From: Bacteroidota bacterium
Lineage (GTDB): Bacteria; Bacteroidota; Ignavibacteria; Kapaibacteriales; UBA961
Reading direction: 5' to 3'
Assembly: GCA_005788035.1 (NCBI GenBank)
Contig: SXZI01000029.1
Location: 1-61,975, forward strand
DNA: 61,975 bases
The notes under the pieces were generated by a model. It made no database searches. It was not told where the DNA came from and worked only from the letters and a program-made list of their open reading frames with translations. This document shows, in pieces, positions 38,848 to 49,184 of this stretch (positions are counted from its first letter, which is position 1; the number at the start of each line of letters is the position of its first letter). The position numbers were made by a program, and so were the translations under genes.

Positions 38848-39939
38848 CTATAGCAAATGTTCTTTATCTTGTTCGCGCAATGCAGTAACAATAGATTTGA
38901 CTTCTTGGGCTTTGTCGGTAGGGCAAATCATAATCGCATCTGTAGTTGATATGATTGTCATGCCGGAAATGGAATGTGCGGTTAATGTCACATTGGGATT
39001 GTCATTCCAGAAAATACTATTTTCTGAGTTTATTGTCAGGGAATTACCGTATACGATATTTCCTGAACGATCGCTTTCGCCAAGTCTGGCTAGTGCATCC
39101 CATGATCCAACATCATCCCAAGTAAATGAAGCTGGAAGCACAGCCACATTGGAGATGCGTTCCATGATGCCATAATCTATTGAAGTCGCTTCTAAGTTTG
39201 TAAATGCTTTTGCACAATCAGTGGAATTAATGGATAAACCTCTCTTGAACAGGGTATATAATTCTTCCATTGCTGAAAATGAAGCAGGCATTGCATATCT
39301 CATTGCTTCGGCAAATGTATCAAGTCTATAGAAGAACATGCCGCTATTCCAATAAAATGTTCCCTGCTCGATATAGGATAATGCATCTTGAATATTTGGC
39401 TTTTCCCTGAAACTTTGTACGCGTAAAATACCGCTATCAGAAATTGAATGACCTGATTCAATATATCCATAACCGGTTTCAGGTCTTGATGGTGGTATGC
39501 CAAATGTCACAATGTCTGCATGATTGGAAGCATGATGCATCGCTTTGCCAACATCTTCTGCAAAAGTCTCTGCCGGACGAATAAAATGATCGGCTGTGAA
39601 TACACCGACTGTAATGTCTGAATGTGATGTATTGTATTCTGCTTTAATGAGTGCATAAGCCAGCGCAAGGCATGGCGCGGTATTTCTCTTTGAAGGTTCT
39701 GCAATAATATGATTGGACGGTATCTCCGGCAATGCTTCAATTATGGCATCACGAAGAATTGCACCGGTAATGATGAAAATATCTTCGCGTGGTATGCTAA
39801 GCGCAATACGGTCGACAGCTTCGGCAAGCATCGTTTTTTCTGAAAACAATGAAAGCAGTTGTTTTGGATGATGTTTTCTGCTTAGAGGCCAGAATCGTTC
39901 TCCTGAACCACCGGCCATGATCAGTGCTATGTGTTTCAT
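38848..39939 (-). CDS. mannose-1-phosphate guanylyltransferase-like nucleotidyltransferase (no cupin/PMI domain)
   Basis: MKHIALIMAGGSGERFWPLSR… ATGA overlap with the asd stop (39936-39939). Confidence 0.8.
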   Translation of the reverse strand: MKHIALIMAGGSGERFWPLSRKHHPKQLLSLFSEKTMLAEAVDRIALSIPREDIFIITGAILRDAIIEALPEIPSNHIIAEPSKRNTAPCLALAYALIKAEYNTSHSDITVGVFTADHFIRPAETFAEDVGKAMHHASNHADIVTFGIPPSRPETGYGYIESGHSISDSGILRVQSFREKPNIQDALSYIEQGTFYWNSGMFFYRLDTFAEAMRYAMPASFSAMEELYTLFKRGLSINSTDCAKAFTNLEATSIDYGIMERISNVAVLPASFTWDDVGSWDALARLGESDRSGNIVYGNSLTINSENSIFWNDNPNVTLTAHSISGMTIISTTDAIMICPTDKAQEVKSIVTALREQDKEHLL

Positions 39940-40922
39940 GAGTTCTTTTTCATGAGTAGTTCTGCGATCTGCACAGCATTTGTTGCCGCACCTTTGCGAA
40001 GATTATCGGCCACAACCCATATCATCAATCCCTGAGGATGATCCTCATCCTTACGAATGCGGCCAACGAACACATTATTATTGCCGGCCACGGAAATAGG
40101 GGTGGGGAATGCATCATTTTGAGAGTCATCTATAATTGTGAGTCCGGGGATATCACTGAGACATTCATGTATATCATCGATCGTCCAGTGGGCATCGAGT
40201 TCTGCATACACCGATTCAGCATGACCACCAGTGGTCGGGATTCTTACACATGTTACGGCAATTGGTAAATCAGGCATCGAAAAAATTCTTCTGATCTCTC
40301 TGCGCATTTTGATTTCTTCTTCCGTGGATGCGCCTCTTTCTTCATGTATTCTATTATGAAAAACGGTATTGAATGCCAATGGATGTGGTGAAATTCTTTC
40401 TTGCGGTTCAATGCCTTGCAATTCATCATGTAATTGATCAATTCCTTTTTGACCTGCTCCGGAAACGGATTGATAGGTAGAAAGAATTAAACGATTGAGA
40501 CCAAACCGTTTGCGGATTGGTTCAAGAGCAAGGACTAATTGAATGGTGGAGCAATTTGGATTGGCAATGATGCCATGATGATTCATGGCATCGTCCGGAT
40601 TTACTTCGGGAACCACAAGTGGGACATTGGGCTCCATTCGGAAGGCGGAGGAATTATCAATTACGGTACATCCCGCTTTTACCGCAATCGGTGCGTAAGC
40701 ACGACTAAGTACTCCGCCTGCCGAAAAGAGTGCAATATCAATGGCATCAAATGAATGTTCATTGAGCTTCTGAACAGTTAGAGTTGTACCTCGAAACTCC
40801 AACATTGTTCCTGCTGATCGTTCGGAGGCATATAATGCCAATGAATCAATCGGAACATCCATCTCGTCTAAAACGTCGAGCATCGTTCTTCCAACCAAAC
40901 CGGTTGCGCCCACGATTGCCAT
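39936..40922 (-). CDS. asd: aspartate-semialdehyde dehydrogenase
   Basis: MAIVGATGLVGR… and active-site IANPNCSTIQLV. The alternative start at 40934 adds MGFK. Confidence 0.9.
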   Translation of the reverse strand: MAIVGATGLVGRTMLDVLDEMDVPIDSLALYASERSAGTMLEFRGTTLTVQKLNEHSFDAIDIALFSAGGVLSRAYAPIAVKAGCTVIDNSSAFRMEPNVPLVVPEVNPDDAMNHHGIIANPNCSTIQLVLALEPIRKRFGLNRLILSTYQSVSGAGQKGIDQLHDELQGIEPQERISPHPLAFNTVFHNRIHEERGASTEEEIKMRREIRRIFSMPDLPIAVTCVRIPTTGGHAESVYAELDAHWTIDDIHECLSDIPGLTIIDDSQNDAFPTPISVAGNNNVFVGRIRKDEDHPQGLMIWVVADNLRKGAATNAVQIAELLMKKNS

Positions 40923-40977
40923 CTTGAATCCCATGTGATCTTTATGCTGCTGTAAATAGAGGGAATAAAAATGTGCG

Positions 40978-40985
40978 CAAATATA
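40978..40985 (-). promoter_or_regulatory. -7 box TATATTTG upstream of asd
   Basis: Perfect TAnnTTTG, 43 or 55 nt upstream of the candidate asd starts. Confidence 0.35.
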
Positions 40986-41035
40986 TGTAATTACTTTGAG
41001 TTCTGTTCATTTTCATAAAAAGAATGAGCATAGAT

Positions 41036-42499
41036 TTACACGATGTTCATCCTCTTCCAGAATGGAAGGGTGTGAATAAATTGATGATATGCAGTACGTG
41101 CTTTGTCAATCACATCTACATAGTCACCATATCCTTGAATTTCCATCCATTCAGCAATCCATTCGATGGGATTATCTGTATGCTTCGTGATGGCAATGAG
41201 CATGAGTGCCGTATCTTGATTGATATGTATTCCTGAACCAGAAAATGATGATGGAATGACATGTACATTGGAAATCAGCGCTTCTTCCAGAAATCTGGCT
41301 AAAACCTGCTTGAATGCCATTCGGGAAGCTTCGGAATGAATGCTATCAGGTATTGGCTTAATGTGTTCGGTGTACAATAGATTCAGGAGGGCATTTCGAG
41401 CATGTTCCATGCTTATGCCTTTCTCTTCTGCATAAGCAAGAATGGACTTTACATGCATATGCCGATCATTCAATGCCTGCATGATTGGTTCATGATATGC
41501 ACTGTCAAGATCAACTGGCGAGCAACCCGGCAAAGTGATTCTATCTTCAAGATTTGTCTCCATTTGCACGATACCCAAATGCAAATTTTGAAACCCCTGA
41601 AAATCCTGAGGTTCGTTCTTTGCATAGACATCCCATCGAAACATGGTATTTCTAATGAGATCCTTGAATACCTCGAATCGACTCACATCTTCTTCGAGAG
41701 CTAGGAAATCATCAAAACCTTCAGGTAAACAAATGGCTCCATTATTGAGATACAGTGGAATTTGCCCAACAAATGTAAGGCCGATTTCAGACATGTTGTG
41801 TTCCATGTCTGAAAACGACAATGGCGTCCAATTATCAGCATAATACTCGTGAATAATGTATTTGATATCATGCCGAGATAACTCTTTGATGAATGAAGCC
41901 GCCGATGGTACGGCCTTAACATATTCAGGATTCCGTTCAAGCATCCATTCTAGGAATCCAATGCCTTGTTCTGCATTGTAAAATGGATCATCGGAAAGCC
42001 CCATAGAATACTCGCGCATCATCATTCTCAGTGGTTCATAGACATGCCAACCCGGATAGGCATTATAACTAATCAATGCCAGCCCATTGCTGCTTAATGA
42101 TTTCTTGATGATGCCATGTATAGCATTTCTTACTGATTGATGCACCCATGCATAGAGTCCATGCATGACGATATATTCACAAGTCGGTAATTGCTCAAGA
42201 TTCGTGATGTCTGCTTGAATGAAGCGACAATTCGAAATCCCCAAAGATGCAGCTCTTTTGTTTGCATGATCAATATGATCACGATTGAAGTCTATGCCAA
42301 TGAATGTTGCTTGAGGATTCGCGGCCGCATAAACAATGAGAGAATTACCGTTGCCACAACCTAATTCGCAGTAAGTGAAGGATATTGAATCCGGAACATC
42401 AAATCCTCGCAATGCGGAAATGCATCTAAGGATATGCGGATTCAATTCTGTGAAGAAAGTGTCGGTATAAGGAATTTGATCTAGCATGCACATTATCAC
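41036..42499 (-). CDS. class I SAM-dependent methyltransferase with C-terminal methyltransferase-regulatory-like domain
   Basis: …YCELGCGNGNSLIVYAAANPQATFIGIDFN… (SAM motif I) followed by a roughly 300-aa C-terminal extension. The track start is GTG at 42499 (GTGA overlap with the dacB stop). ATG alternatives are at 42493 and 42487. Confidence 0.7.
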   Translation of the reverse strand: MIMCMLDQIPYTDTFFTELNPHILRCISALRGFDVPDSISFTYCELGCGNGNSLIVYAAANPQATFIGIDFNRDHIDHANKRAASLGISNCRFIQADITNLEQLPTCEYIVMHGLYAWVHQSVRNAIHGIIKKSLSSNGLALISYNAYPGWHVYEPLRMMMREYSMGLSDDPFYNAEQGIGFLEWMLERNPEYVKAVPSAASFIKELSRHDIKYIIHEYYADNWTPLSFSDMEHNMSEIGLTFVGQIPLYLNNGAICLPEGFDDFLALEEDVSRFEVFKDLIRNTMFRWDVYAKNEPQDFQGFQNLHLGIVQMETNLEDRITLPGCSPVDLDSAYHEPIMQALNDRHMHVKSILAYAEEKGISMEHARNALLNLLYTEHIKPIPDSIHSEASRMAFKQVLARFLEEALISNVHVIPSSFSGSGIHINQDTALMLIAITKHTDNPIEWIAEWMEIQGYGDYVDVIDKARTAYHQFIHTLPFWKRMNIV

Positions 42500-44049
42500 T
42501 TACGGGAAAAGCTGGCCAATCGCATGCAAATCATGTCTTGAAGATTTCTAATGATGCCATCCGGAACGGTGAAACCATTCATCATCATTGAGAATGCCAA
42601 TTGTTCTCCATCACGTGTTGTTGCATATCCGGAAAGACAGCTTACATTATTCATTGATCCCGTCTTTGCAATTACTTGTTGCTGTGCTAATGATTTCAAC
42701 ATGCGATTTTTCAATGTCCCTGTTTGACCCGGCCGAGCCAAAGAGGCAAGAAAATGCTCTTTATTTGGAGATCTATACATTGCGGATAAGAGTAATGTTT
42801 GTTGATATGCACTAAGAAGATTCAGTCTTGATAATCCCGATCCATCAACAATGGAGCATTGTTCAGGTATGATGCCAATCTTGGTGATGAACTTTCTCAT
42901 GATTTCAGCACCTCTGGGAAAAGATCCCTCTCCAAATTGTTCTTTTGCCATAGTTTTGAAAACCATCTCTGCCGCAAGATTGTGGCTTACGGTATTGATG
43001 ATTGTGATGATTGATGACATTGGAGGGGATGTGATTGCATGTATTTGTTTCAATCCGACATAGTCTATTGGTTCATTGAGCATTTCATTTGTGAGCAAAG
43101 ACCCACGAATCCTGATTCCCATTTTCTCCAATCGTTGTTTGAAGACATGCAGAAAGAACTGAACTGGATCATCGATGGTTAACCCAATTGAAGACATGGT
43201 TTCTTCGGTATTTGTTTTCATTCCGGGATCGATCATTGCTATTGATCCCTGCATGTCGATCACACCTGACCGAGGATCTGTATCGGAATCAATCAATGTT
43301 GGGCTACCAGTTGGGACGGTCATGACATTATTTACAATCCGAAGATAGGAATTATCGGGTATCATTGTCATGCGTGAATAATCACCGGATTTCAATCCTG
43401 GTCTGAATTGCATCTCCACCTTATTATCATGTAATGCAATGGATGAAATTGGCGCGGAATATGGATAAGGTATATCATCGATAGCCCAGCCAGGACCAAA
43501 TATCTCATCATCAAAATAAGAATGATCAAGAATGATATTCCCTTTGATTGAAGTAATGCCTAATGAATCCAATTTCAAAGCGATATTATCAAGAATGATA
43601 AGTGGATCTTTCATGAAATATAGACTCATGGTAGGATCACCGGATGCACGGATGATGATATCGCCTTTGAGTTCGCCCGATGTTAGAATCTCTCCATCTA
43701 TGTAAATGCGAGTTGTATACTTAAAGTCCGGACCAAGTAATTCCAAAGCAGCTGCTGTCGTGAACATCTTCATTGTTGAAGCAGGAATAAGCGAAGTATT
43801 TGCATGGTTCTTATAGAATGTTTCGCCACTTTCCGGATGGATCACACAAACTCCAACAGATGCATTGGAAAGCTCCGGTGCGGATAGAATTGCATCGATG
43901 TCTTCCTGCAATTGCTTTAAAGCATATGTCTGCCCAATATTTCCTTTTTTGTCAACCTTATTCGTATCGAATTTGGTTGAGTTGGTTGAAAAGTTGAATG
44001 CATGTGCTTCAACAGATATGCCAAACAATAGACAGAAAAAGAGGATCAT
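42496..44049 (-). CDS. dacB: D-alanyl-D-alanine carboxypeptidase/endopeptidase (PBP4, S13 family)
   Basis: SxxK as PASTMKMFT, SxN as VSHNLAAE, and KTG as IAKTGSM. Confidence 0.85.
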   Translation of the reverse strand: MILFFCLLFGISVEAHAFNFSTNSTKFDTNKVDKKGNIGQTYALKQLQEDIDAILSAPELSNASVGVCVIHPESGETFYKNHANTSLIPASTMKMFTTAAALELLGPDFKYTTRIYIDGEILTSGELKGDIIIRASGDPTMSLYFMKDPLIILDNIALKLDSLGITSIKGNIILDHSYFDDEIFGPGWAIDDIPYPYSAPISSIALHDNKVEMQFRPGLKSGDYSRMTMIPDNSYLRIVNNVMTVPTGSPTLIDSDTDPRSGVIDMQGSIAMIDPGMKTNTEETMSSIGLTIDDPVQFFLHVFKQRLEKMGIRIRGSLLTNEMLNEPIDYVGLKQIHAITSPPMSSIITIINTVSHNLAAEMVFKTMAKEQFGEGSFPRGAEIMRKFITKIGIIPEQCSIVDGSGLSRLNLLSAYQQTLLLSAMYRSPNKEHFLASLARPGQTGTLKNRMLKSLAQQQVIAKTGSMNNVSCLSGYATTRDGEQLAFSMMMNGFTVPDGIIRNLQDMICMRLASFSRK

Positions 44050-44639
44050 GATCTAAATTCCTTGAGCATTTCTTGTGCAAATGCATATGCTTCGTTTGTT
44101 TGTTCTGTTTGAAGACATTCAATTGCTTCTTCTATGTCATGAATCTCTGCACCAACATGCAATGCTCCGCGGATATGAGAAATCACTTGTTGTTTCCATT
44201 TACCTAAAGACAATATGCAGATATTGATAAGCTCCCTTGTTTGAATATCCAAATTTCCTCTGGACAATGTTTTACCATAACCATCAATGATCATCCATTC
44301 CGACAACTCTGGAGAAAAGGAATGCATGCGTTTGTTCATCTTTTCAAAAACTGTGGTATATATATCTCTGCACAATTTCTCACCTCTTTGTTTGAAGAGT
44401 TGTACATTATATTCCTCAATTGCAGCTGGTGCTTCATTGTATACTTCTTGAAGTAATGACAAACCTTCAATCGAAGCCGGATATCCTGAAAACAAATGAA
44501 TTTGAAGCAATGCCTCATATAAGGAAGTATAAGGGACATGTAGTTTTAAAGCATCTTGCATGAGTATTCGAGCATTGTCTTTATCATTACAGGACATGAA
44601 AATCGTAATCTTTAGAATCAGAATTTGTTGCTTTGTCAT
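44046..44639 (-). CDS. carboxymuconolactone decarboxylase (AhpD-like) family protein
   Basis: All-helical sequence …LYEALLQIHLFSGYPASIEGL… and …ELINICILSLGKWKQQVISHIRGAL… ATG at 44639 gives an ATGA overlap with the rdgB stop. The family call is moderate. Confidence 0.55.
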   Translation of the reverse strand: MTKQQILILKITIFMSCNDKDNARILMQDALKLHVPYTSLYEALLQIHLFSGYPASIEGLSLLQEVYNEAPAAIEEYNVQLFKQRGEKLCRDIYTTVFEKMNKRMHSFSPELSEWMIIDGYGKTLSRGNLDIQTRELINICILSLGKWKQQVISHIRGALHVGAEIHDIEEAIECLQTEQTNEAYAFAQEMLKEFRS

Positions 44640-45241
44640 GAATTTCCCTTCACATATGCTGCAAGTGTCCTGCCCAGTGCATGACATGCACGTGCTCTGT
44701 GACTCATAGAGTGTTTTGTCATAGCATCCATTTCGGCAAAAGTCATAGAAGAGCCATCGGGTATGAAAAGTGCATCATATCCGAAGCCATTGTCTCCTTT
44801 CTCTATTGTCGTTATTTTTCCTTCGCATACCCCATCGACACTCATTGAAGTTTCATCATTCAAAAAATGAAGTACAGTCCTGAAACGAGCAGATCTTTCA
44901 GATATCCCATTCATTTCATGTAATAATTTACGTCTGTTTGCTACATCATTTCCATGGTCTCCGGCATATCGTGCACTAAACACACCCGGAGCATTATCAA
45001 GAGCATAGACTTCCAATCCGGTATCATCAGCTATAACAGGCAGGGAAGTCATTTCAAAGAGCGCCTTTGCTTTCAAAAGTGCATTTTCTTCCAATGTACT
45101 ACCGGTTTCTTCGATTTCTGGAGGATTCCCTTTAAACCAGGTTTTCTGAGAGATGAGTGAAATTGGCAAACCAAAGGATGACAGAATTGCTGATAATTCA
45201 TCGATCTTATGTTGATTGTTAGATGCCAAAATGATCTGCAT
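44636..45241 (-). CDS. rdgB: RdgB/HAM1 non-canonical purine NTP pyrophosphatase
   Basis: MQIILASNNQHKIDE…DDTGLEV…GAPGVFSARYAG…GFGYDALFIP…. Confidence 0.9.
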   Translation of the reverse strand: MQIILASNNQHKIDELSAILSSFGLPISLISQKTWFKGNPPEIEETGSTLEENALLKAKALFEMTSLPVIADDTGLEVYALDNAPGVFSARYAGDHGNDVANRRKLLHEMNGISERSARFRTVLHFLNDETSMSVDGVCEGKITTIEKGDNGFGYDALFIPDGSSMTFAEMDAMTKHSMSHRARACHALGRTLAAYVKGNS

Positions 45242-46317
45242 TATATTCTCCCGCATATTGTAATCAATGCTTCTTTCAATGTTTGTATTTCACTCTGAGA
45301 ATACTGTACCATATGTCCAATTCTAAAAACTGTATCACGCCAATCATCTTGACCTGGCGCTACCACAATTCCTTGTTCTAGTAAAGCCCGTAATACAAGT
45401 TTTGCATTATCGTGGTGAATTGCAGTGACACCAAGTGCATTACCCCCGGCAGAGCATCCATTGATATTCTGTACCATTGCTTTAATTGATACTGCTTGAA
45501 TTTGCAATGTTTCAAAATGTGAAGCATTTTCAAGTATTCTCTTACAAGTACTTTGCAGGGATGAAAGTATCGGCAAAGGAGGAGTAAAAAATGCAGTATG
45601 ATTCATCGAAGCAGAAAACATCCCGGGTAGATGATGAACCATGCTCGGAAAAATCATGGATTCTTCTGAATAAATAGTGGCTTTATCACTTGCTCTTTCA
45701 CTCAATGCGAGTATAAATGCACCTGGTGGGCAAGCCAATCCTTTTTGAGAAGCTGTGAACAGGCAGTCAATTCCATATTCAGCCATACTGATTGTTTCAA
45801 CTCCGATGCTGCTCACTGCATCAACTATAATCAATGTATCGGGTGATACAGAACGAATCACATCGCAATATTCTTTCAAGGGGACTGTCACAGCTGTAGA
45901 AGTTTCTGTGTGTGTAATCCAAATTGATTGAAAGGAATATTCTTTAAGAGCATTTCGTAGATCATCAATCGAAGTGGAAGTTCCCCAAGGACTTTTTAAT
46001 GTCATTACATTATGTCCGAACATTCTACCTAGTTCTGCCCAACGAGATGAAAAACGTCCTTGAACCAAAACCAAAACATTCGAAAGAAATGGGACAAGTC
46101 CACGCATGGTGATTTCAGCACCTGTTGTTCCGGAACCAGCGCCAATGATTACAGGAGTATTTGTCCCGATGATCTTCTGTAAGCAAGAGTTTACCTCACG
46201 GTGCACCTTGGTGAAATCCTCAGTTTTATGATACTGAAGATCATGCATCGCATATTGGACTTCATCCGATATGGGGACTGGGCCAGGAGTGAAATGAAGT
46301 TGACGTTGACCGGACAT
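45241..46317 (-). CDS. class V aminotransferase (serine-pyruvate/alanine-glyoxylate-like)
   Basis: …LHFTPGPVPISDEV… and …DCLFTASQKGLACPPG… (PLP-Lys in SQK). Confidence 0.8.
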   Translation of the reverse strand: MSGQRQLHFTPGPVPISDEVQYAMHDLQYHKTEDFTKVHREVNSCLQKIIGTNTPVIIGAGSGTTGAEITMRGLVPFLSNVLVLVQGRFSSRWAELGRMFGHNVMTLKSPWGTSTSIDDLRNALKEYSFQSIWITHTETSTAVTVPLKEYCDVIRSVSPDTLIIVDAVSSIGVETISMAEYGIDCLFTASQKGLACPPGAFILALSERASDKATIYSEESMIFPSMVHHLPGMFSASMNHTAFFTPPLPILSSLQSTCKRILENASHFETLQIQAVSIKAMVQNINGCSAGGNALGVTAIHHDNAKLVLRALLEQGIVVAPGQDDWRDTVFRIGHMVQYSQSEIQTLKEALITICGRI

Positions 46318-46342
46318 TTGAACTGTTGAAAAGAGTATATTG

Positions 46343-46350
46343 CAAAGTTA
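46343..46350 (-). promoter_or_regulatory. -7 box TAACTTTG upstream of the class V aminotransferase operon
   Basis: Perfect TAnnTTTG, 25 nt upstream of ATG 46317. Confidence 0.35.
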
Positions 46351-46382
46351 TCGTTTTGAATTCATTTATAGTATGTGATATC

Positions 46383-47105
46383 ATGCAAATAGCAAACTCG
46401 GTCATTTTCATTACGGGAGCTTCATCGGGCATTGGGCAATCATTGACTCACCAATTTCTTGAAAAAGGGGCGTCAGTTTGCGCCTTTTCAAGGAGAGGCA
46501 TGCCCAAAGACCTCAAAGATGCATATCCCAACACATTACTCGAAATAAAGGGCGATGTAACGAAATTAGAGGATATTCAAGCAAGCTTGCAGGCCACAAT
46601 TCAAACATTTGGTGGATTGCATATAGTGGTGGCAAATGCCGGTATTGCTCATTTTGATGATCTTGGAACAACCAATCCTCAAATTGCAGAAGCAATGATA
46701 TTGACCAATGTGCTAGGAGTGTTTTACACGCTTCATGCATCATATCCTTTATTACAAAAAACTAATGGTCCTCGAGCAGTTGTAGGCATTCATTCCATAG
46801 CAGCTACCACCATATTTGAAGGTGCATCTGTCTATTCTGCAACTAAAGCTGGTACGCTCGCAATGTTCAGATCTTTCCGAGAAGAAGTTCGGAAAGATGG
46901 TATCAGTGTGCTTGATGTTTTACCTGGCGCTACGCGTACGGAAATTTGGACAAAAGAAATGTTGACCGAACGTGGAAAAGACATGATGCATCCGGATTCT
47001 ATTGCTCGCATCATCATAAATGCACTGGAACAAAGTAGAAATAGTGAGGATGCGATCACTCATGTTGATGAAGTGGTCATCCGTCCTTGGACAGGTAATT
47101 TATAA
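46383..47105 (+). CDS. short-chain dehydrogenase/reductase (SDR)
   Basis: VIFITGASSGIGQ (TGxxxGxG) and YSATK (YxxxK). The track start at 46326 is a TTG, and homology starts at ATG 46383. Confidence 0.85.
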   Translation: MQIANSVIFITGASSGIGQSLTHQFLEKGASVCAFSRRGMPKDLKDAYPNTLLEIKGDVTKLEDIQASLQATIQTFGGLHIVVANAGIAHFDDLGTTNPQIAEAMILTNVLGVFYTLHASYPLLQKTNGPRAVVGIHSIAATTIFEGASVYSATKAGTLAMFRSFREEVRKDGISVLDVLPGATRTEIWTKEMLTERGKDMMHPDSIARIIINALEQSRNSEDAITHVDEVVIRPWTGNL

Positions 47106-47108
47106 AGT

Positions 47109-48200
47109 TCATAACATGGATTGAAGTTCGTCACAAGCTTTTATGACATCTTCTGGGGAAATATCCTTCACCAATTTTGTCTTTGAATATACAGCGCGAT
47201 GTGGAACATTATATGGAAGCCACTCTTCTTTTGCTTCCTCTGGGAGAGAACAATAAAGTCCGATCATTGGACATTGTGCAGCACTTCCAATATGTAAGAA
47301 ACCGGTATCTGGTGAAATCCCCCATGACGCATGTTTCAATGCCTCTCCAATTTCCAACACATGCCTATTGAAAGGATAATGTCGAATATTCTCGAAACCG
47401 TGCATTATACTGTTCAACAGTTCAGCATCAGTACTCAAACCAAACAATAATGGTTGCTTTCCAGTTCGAAGTAGATAATCAATCAATCTACGATAGGATG
47501 CGCTATCCCAGCGATTACGTTCCTGCCCGACCGATATATTTATTGCAATGTAGTTCTTCTTCTCGACACATAATTCCTTCAGACTATTAAGTGCATTTTC
47601 CACATAAAGTTGGGAAGTGGGTAGTATAGCTCGTGAATCATGTTCTTGACGGACAATCCCAAATGTTTCAGATCCGAGTAACGCCATTTTATCCCACATG
47701 GATTTCATACATGCGGCTTGCTTTGATTGTGATGAATAATACATCGCATATTTATCGCCGGCAAATACAGAGCTTGTTACTGAATGCTTCCCTGATAACA
47801 TGGCAGTGAGCAAGCCATTTTTTGATGCTTGGGATGTCAGGCAATTTACGATGATGTCGAAATCCATTGAACGGATTGCGCGTATCTCCTGGATATGGAG
47901 AAGGGGAGCATGCAATATCGATTTATCTACAATATGAATCGCATCGATAAAATCACAATGATCTAAAATTGCGACATTAGCCTTAGTGCACATCACATGC
48001 AATTCCATAAATGGAAACTGTTCCTTAACCATACGCAACATTGGCAATGTGCTGATCATATCACCCAAAGCATCATGCCGTAAGAACAGGACTTTTGTTC
48101 CATTGCGCACGATGAAAGGAAATCTTGCGGGATTCGGCGTGAATAGTACTTTGGCTATTGCATTCCCAATTGAACGCACATATTGACGTAATCTATTCAT
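47109..48200 (-). CDS. glycosyltransferase family 9 (heptosyltransferase-like)
   Basis: …KVLFLRHDALGDMISTLPMLRMVKEQFP… and …SPDTGFLHIG… ATGA overlap with the upstream GT (48197-48200). Confidence 0.75.
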   Translation of the reverse strand: MNRLRQYVRSIGNAIAKVLFTPNPARFPFIVRNGTKVLFLRHDALGDMISTLPMLRMVKEQFPFMELHVMCTKANVAILDHCDFIDAIHIVDKSILHAPLLHIQEIRAIRSMDFDIIVNCLTSQASKNGLLTAMLSGKHSVTSSVFAGDKYAMYYSSQSKQAACMKSMWDKMALLGSETFGIVRQEHDSRAILPTSQLYVENALNSLKELCVEKKNYIAINISVGQERNRWDSASYRRLIDYLLRTGKQPLLFGLSTDAELLNSIMHGFENIRHYPFNRHVLEIGEALKHASWGISPDTGFLHIGSAAQCPMIGLYCSLPEEAKEEWLPYNVPHRAVYSKTKLVKDISPEDVIKACDELQSML

Positions 48201-49078
48201 CGCTGTAAATCATAATTTCTATATTCAAAAATTCTTTTTCCTGTCAAGCGCTCAAAGGCATCGCAAAAAGCGACAGCTAGAGGACGAGGTTTCGTTCGAC
48301 TAGGGTCAAAAGCAGATGTCCATTGAGCATCTTCTGAAATTTTTTTCTGCATGCATTTAGGATGTGTCCCTGAAAAGCGCTGCAGTTCATAACAAGTAGG
48401 AAATTCTTCAGATGTGGGGAGATGTTCCTCGAGCCAGGCATCATCATGATACAGTCTACCAAATGCAGCTTGTTTTTTTACATAAGCTGAAGGATTGCGA
48501 ACCCAACCATAATGATACACATGTGCTTCGGTTTGCAAGACTCTAAGTTTCCGATAAGAATTCTTGTCAATTTGTATGCGAAACCCTTGAGCATCTCTCC
48601 ATGAGGTGATGTCTGAATTTCGTTTGAATGCCCGTACTTCTTTTCGATACCATTGTCTACCGGCACCTATATACTGATAGCTTCCGAAAAAGTGATGATA
48701 ATTAAATAATAGACCATCAATTTCGGGCCTCTTATCAGCTTCTTTCATAGAGTTCAAGATTGGTTGTATATCCAGTTCATGTAACACTTCATCCGCTTGT
48801 AAATAGAGAATCCAATCGCCTGTGCAGGCATTCAGGGCTACATTTGTCTGTTGGGCTAGAATTTGCCCGCCTTCACGAAGATTATCATCCCAAATCGTTT
48901 CGATTATCACAATTCTTGGATCTTGAAGTGATTGAATATAAGACAAAGTCTCATCTTCTGAATTCCCAATAGCAATAACCACCTCATCGCATACGGATAG
49001 AAGGGAGTTGAGGGATTCTTTTACCGGATAGCCCAGCATAAAGCCATTTCTTACAAATGTACAACCGCTTATGGTCAT
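48197..49078 (-). CDS. glycosyltransferase (GT2-like fold)
   Basis: MTISGCTFVRNG…CDEVVIAIGNSEDETL…GDWILYLQADEVLHE (DxD-like QADE). The family call is moderate. Confidence 0.6.
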   Translation of the reverse strand: MTISGCTFVRNGFMLGYPVKESLNSLLSVCDEVVIAIGNSEDETLSYIQSLQDPRIVIIETIWDDNLREGGQILAQQTNVALNACTGDWILYLQADEVLHELDIQPILNSMKEADKRPEIDGLLFNYHHFFGSYQYIGAGRQWYRKEVRAFKRNSDITSWRDAQGFRIQIDKNSYRKLRVLQTEAHVYHYGWVRNPSAYVKKQAAFGRLYHDDAWLEEHLPTSEEFPTCYELQRFSGTHPKCMQKKISEDAQWTSAFDPSRTKPRPLAVAFCDAFERLTGKRIFEYRNYDLQR

Positions 49079-49143
49079 GAATAGTCCAATAAGATAATGT
49101 CAAATCTCTACATTTGTTATCAATCTATTTCAATGAAAAATCA

Positions 49144-49151
49144 TAGTTTTG
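49144..49151 (+). promoter_or_regulatory. -7 box TAGTTTTG upstream of the 49185 gene
   Basis: Perfect TAnnTTTG, 33 nt upstream of ATG 49185. Confidence 0.4.
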
Positions 49152-49184
49152 TTTTGAATCTATCACTAATCACCTCATAATACA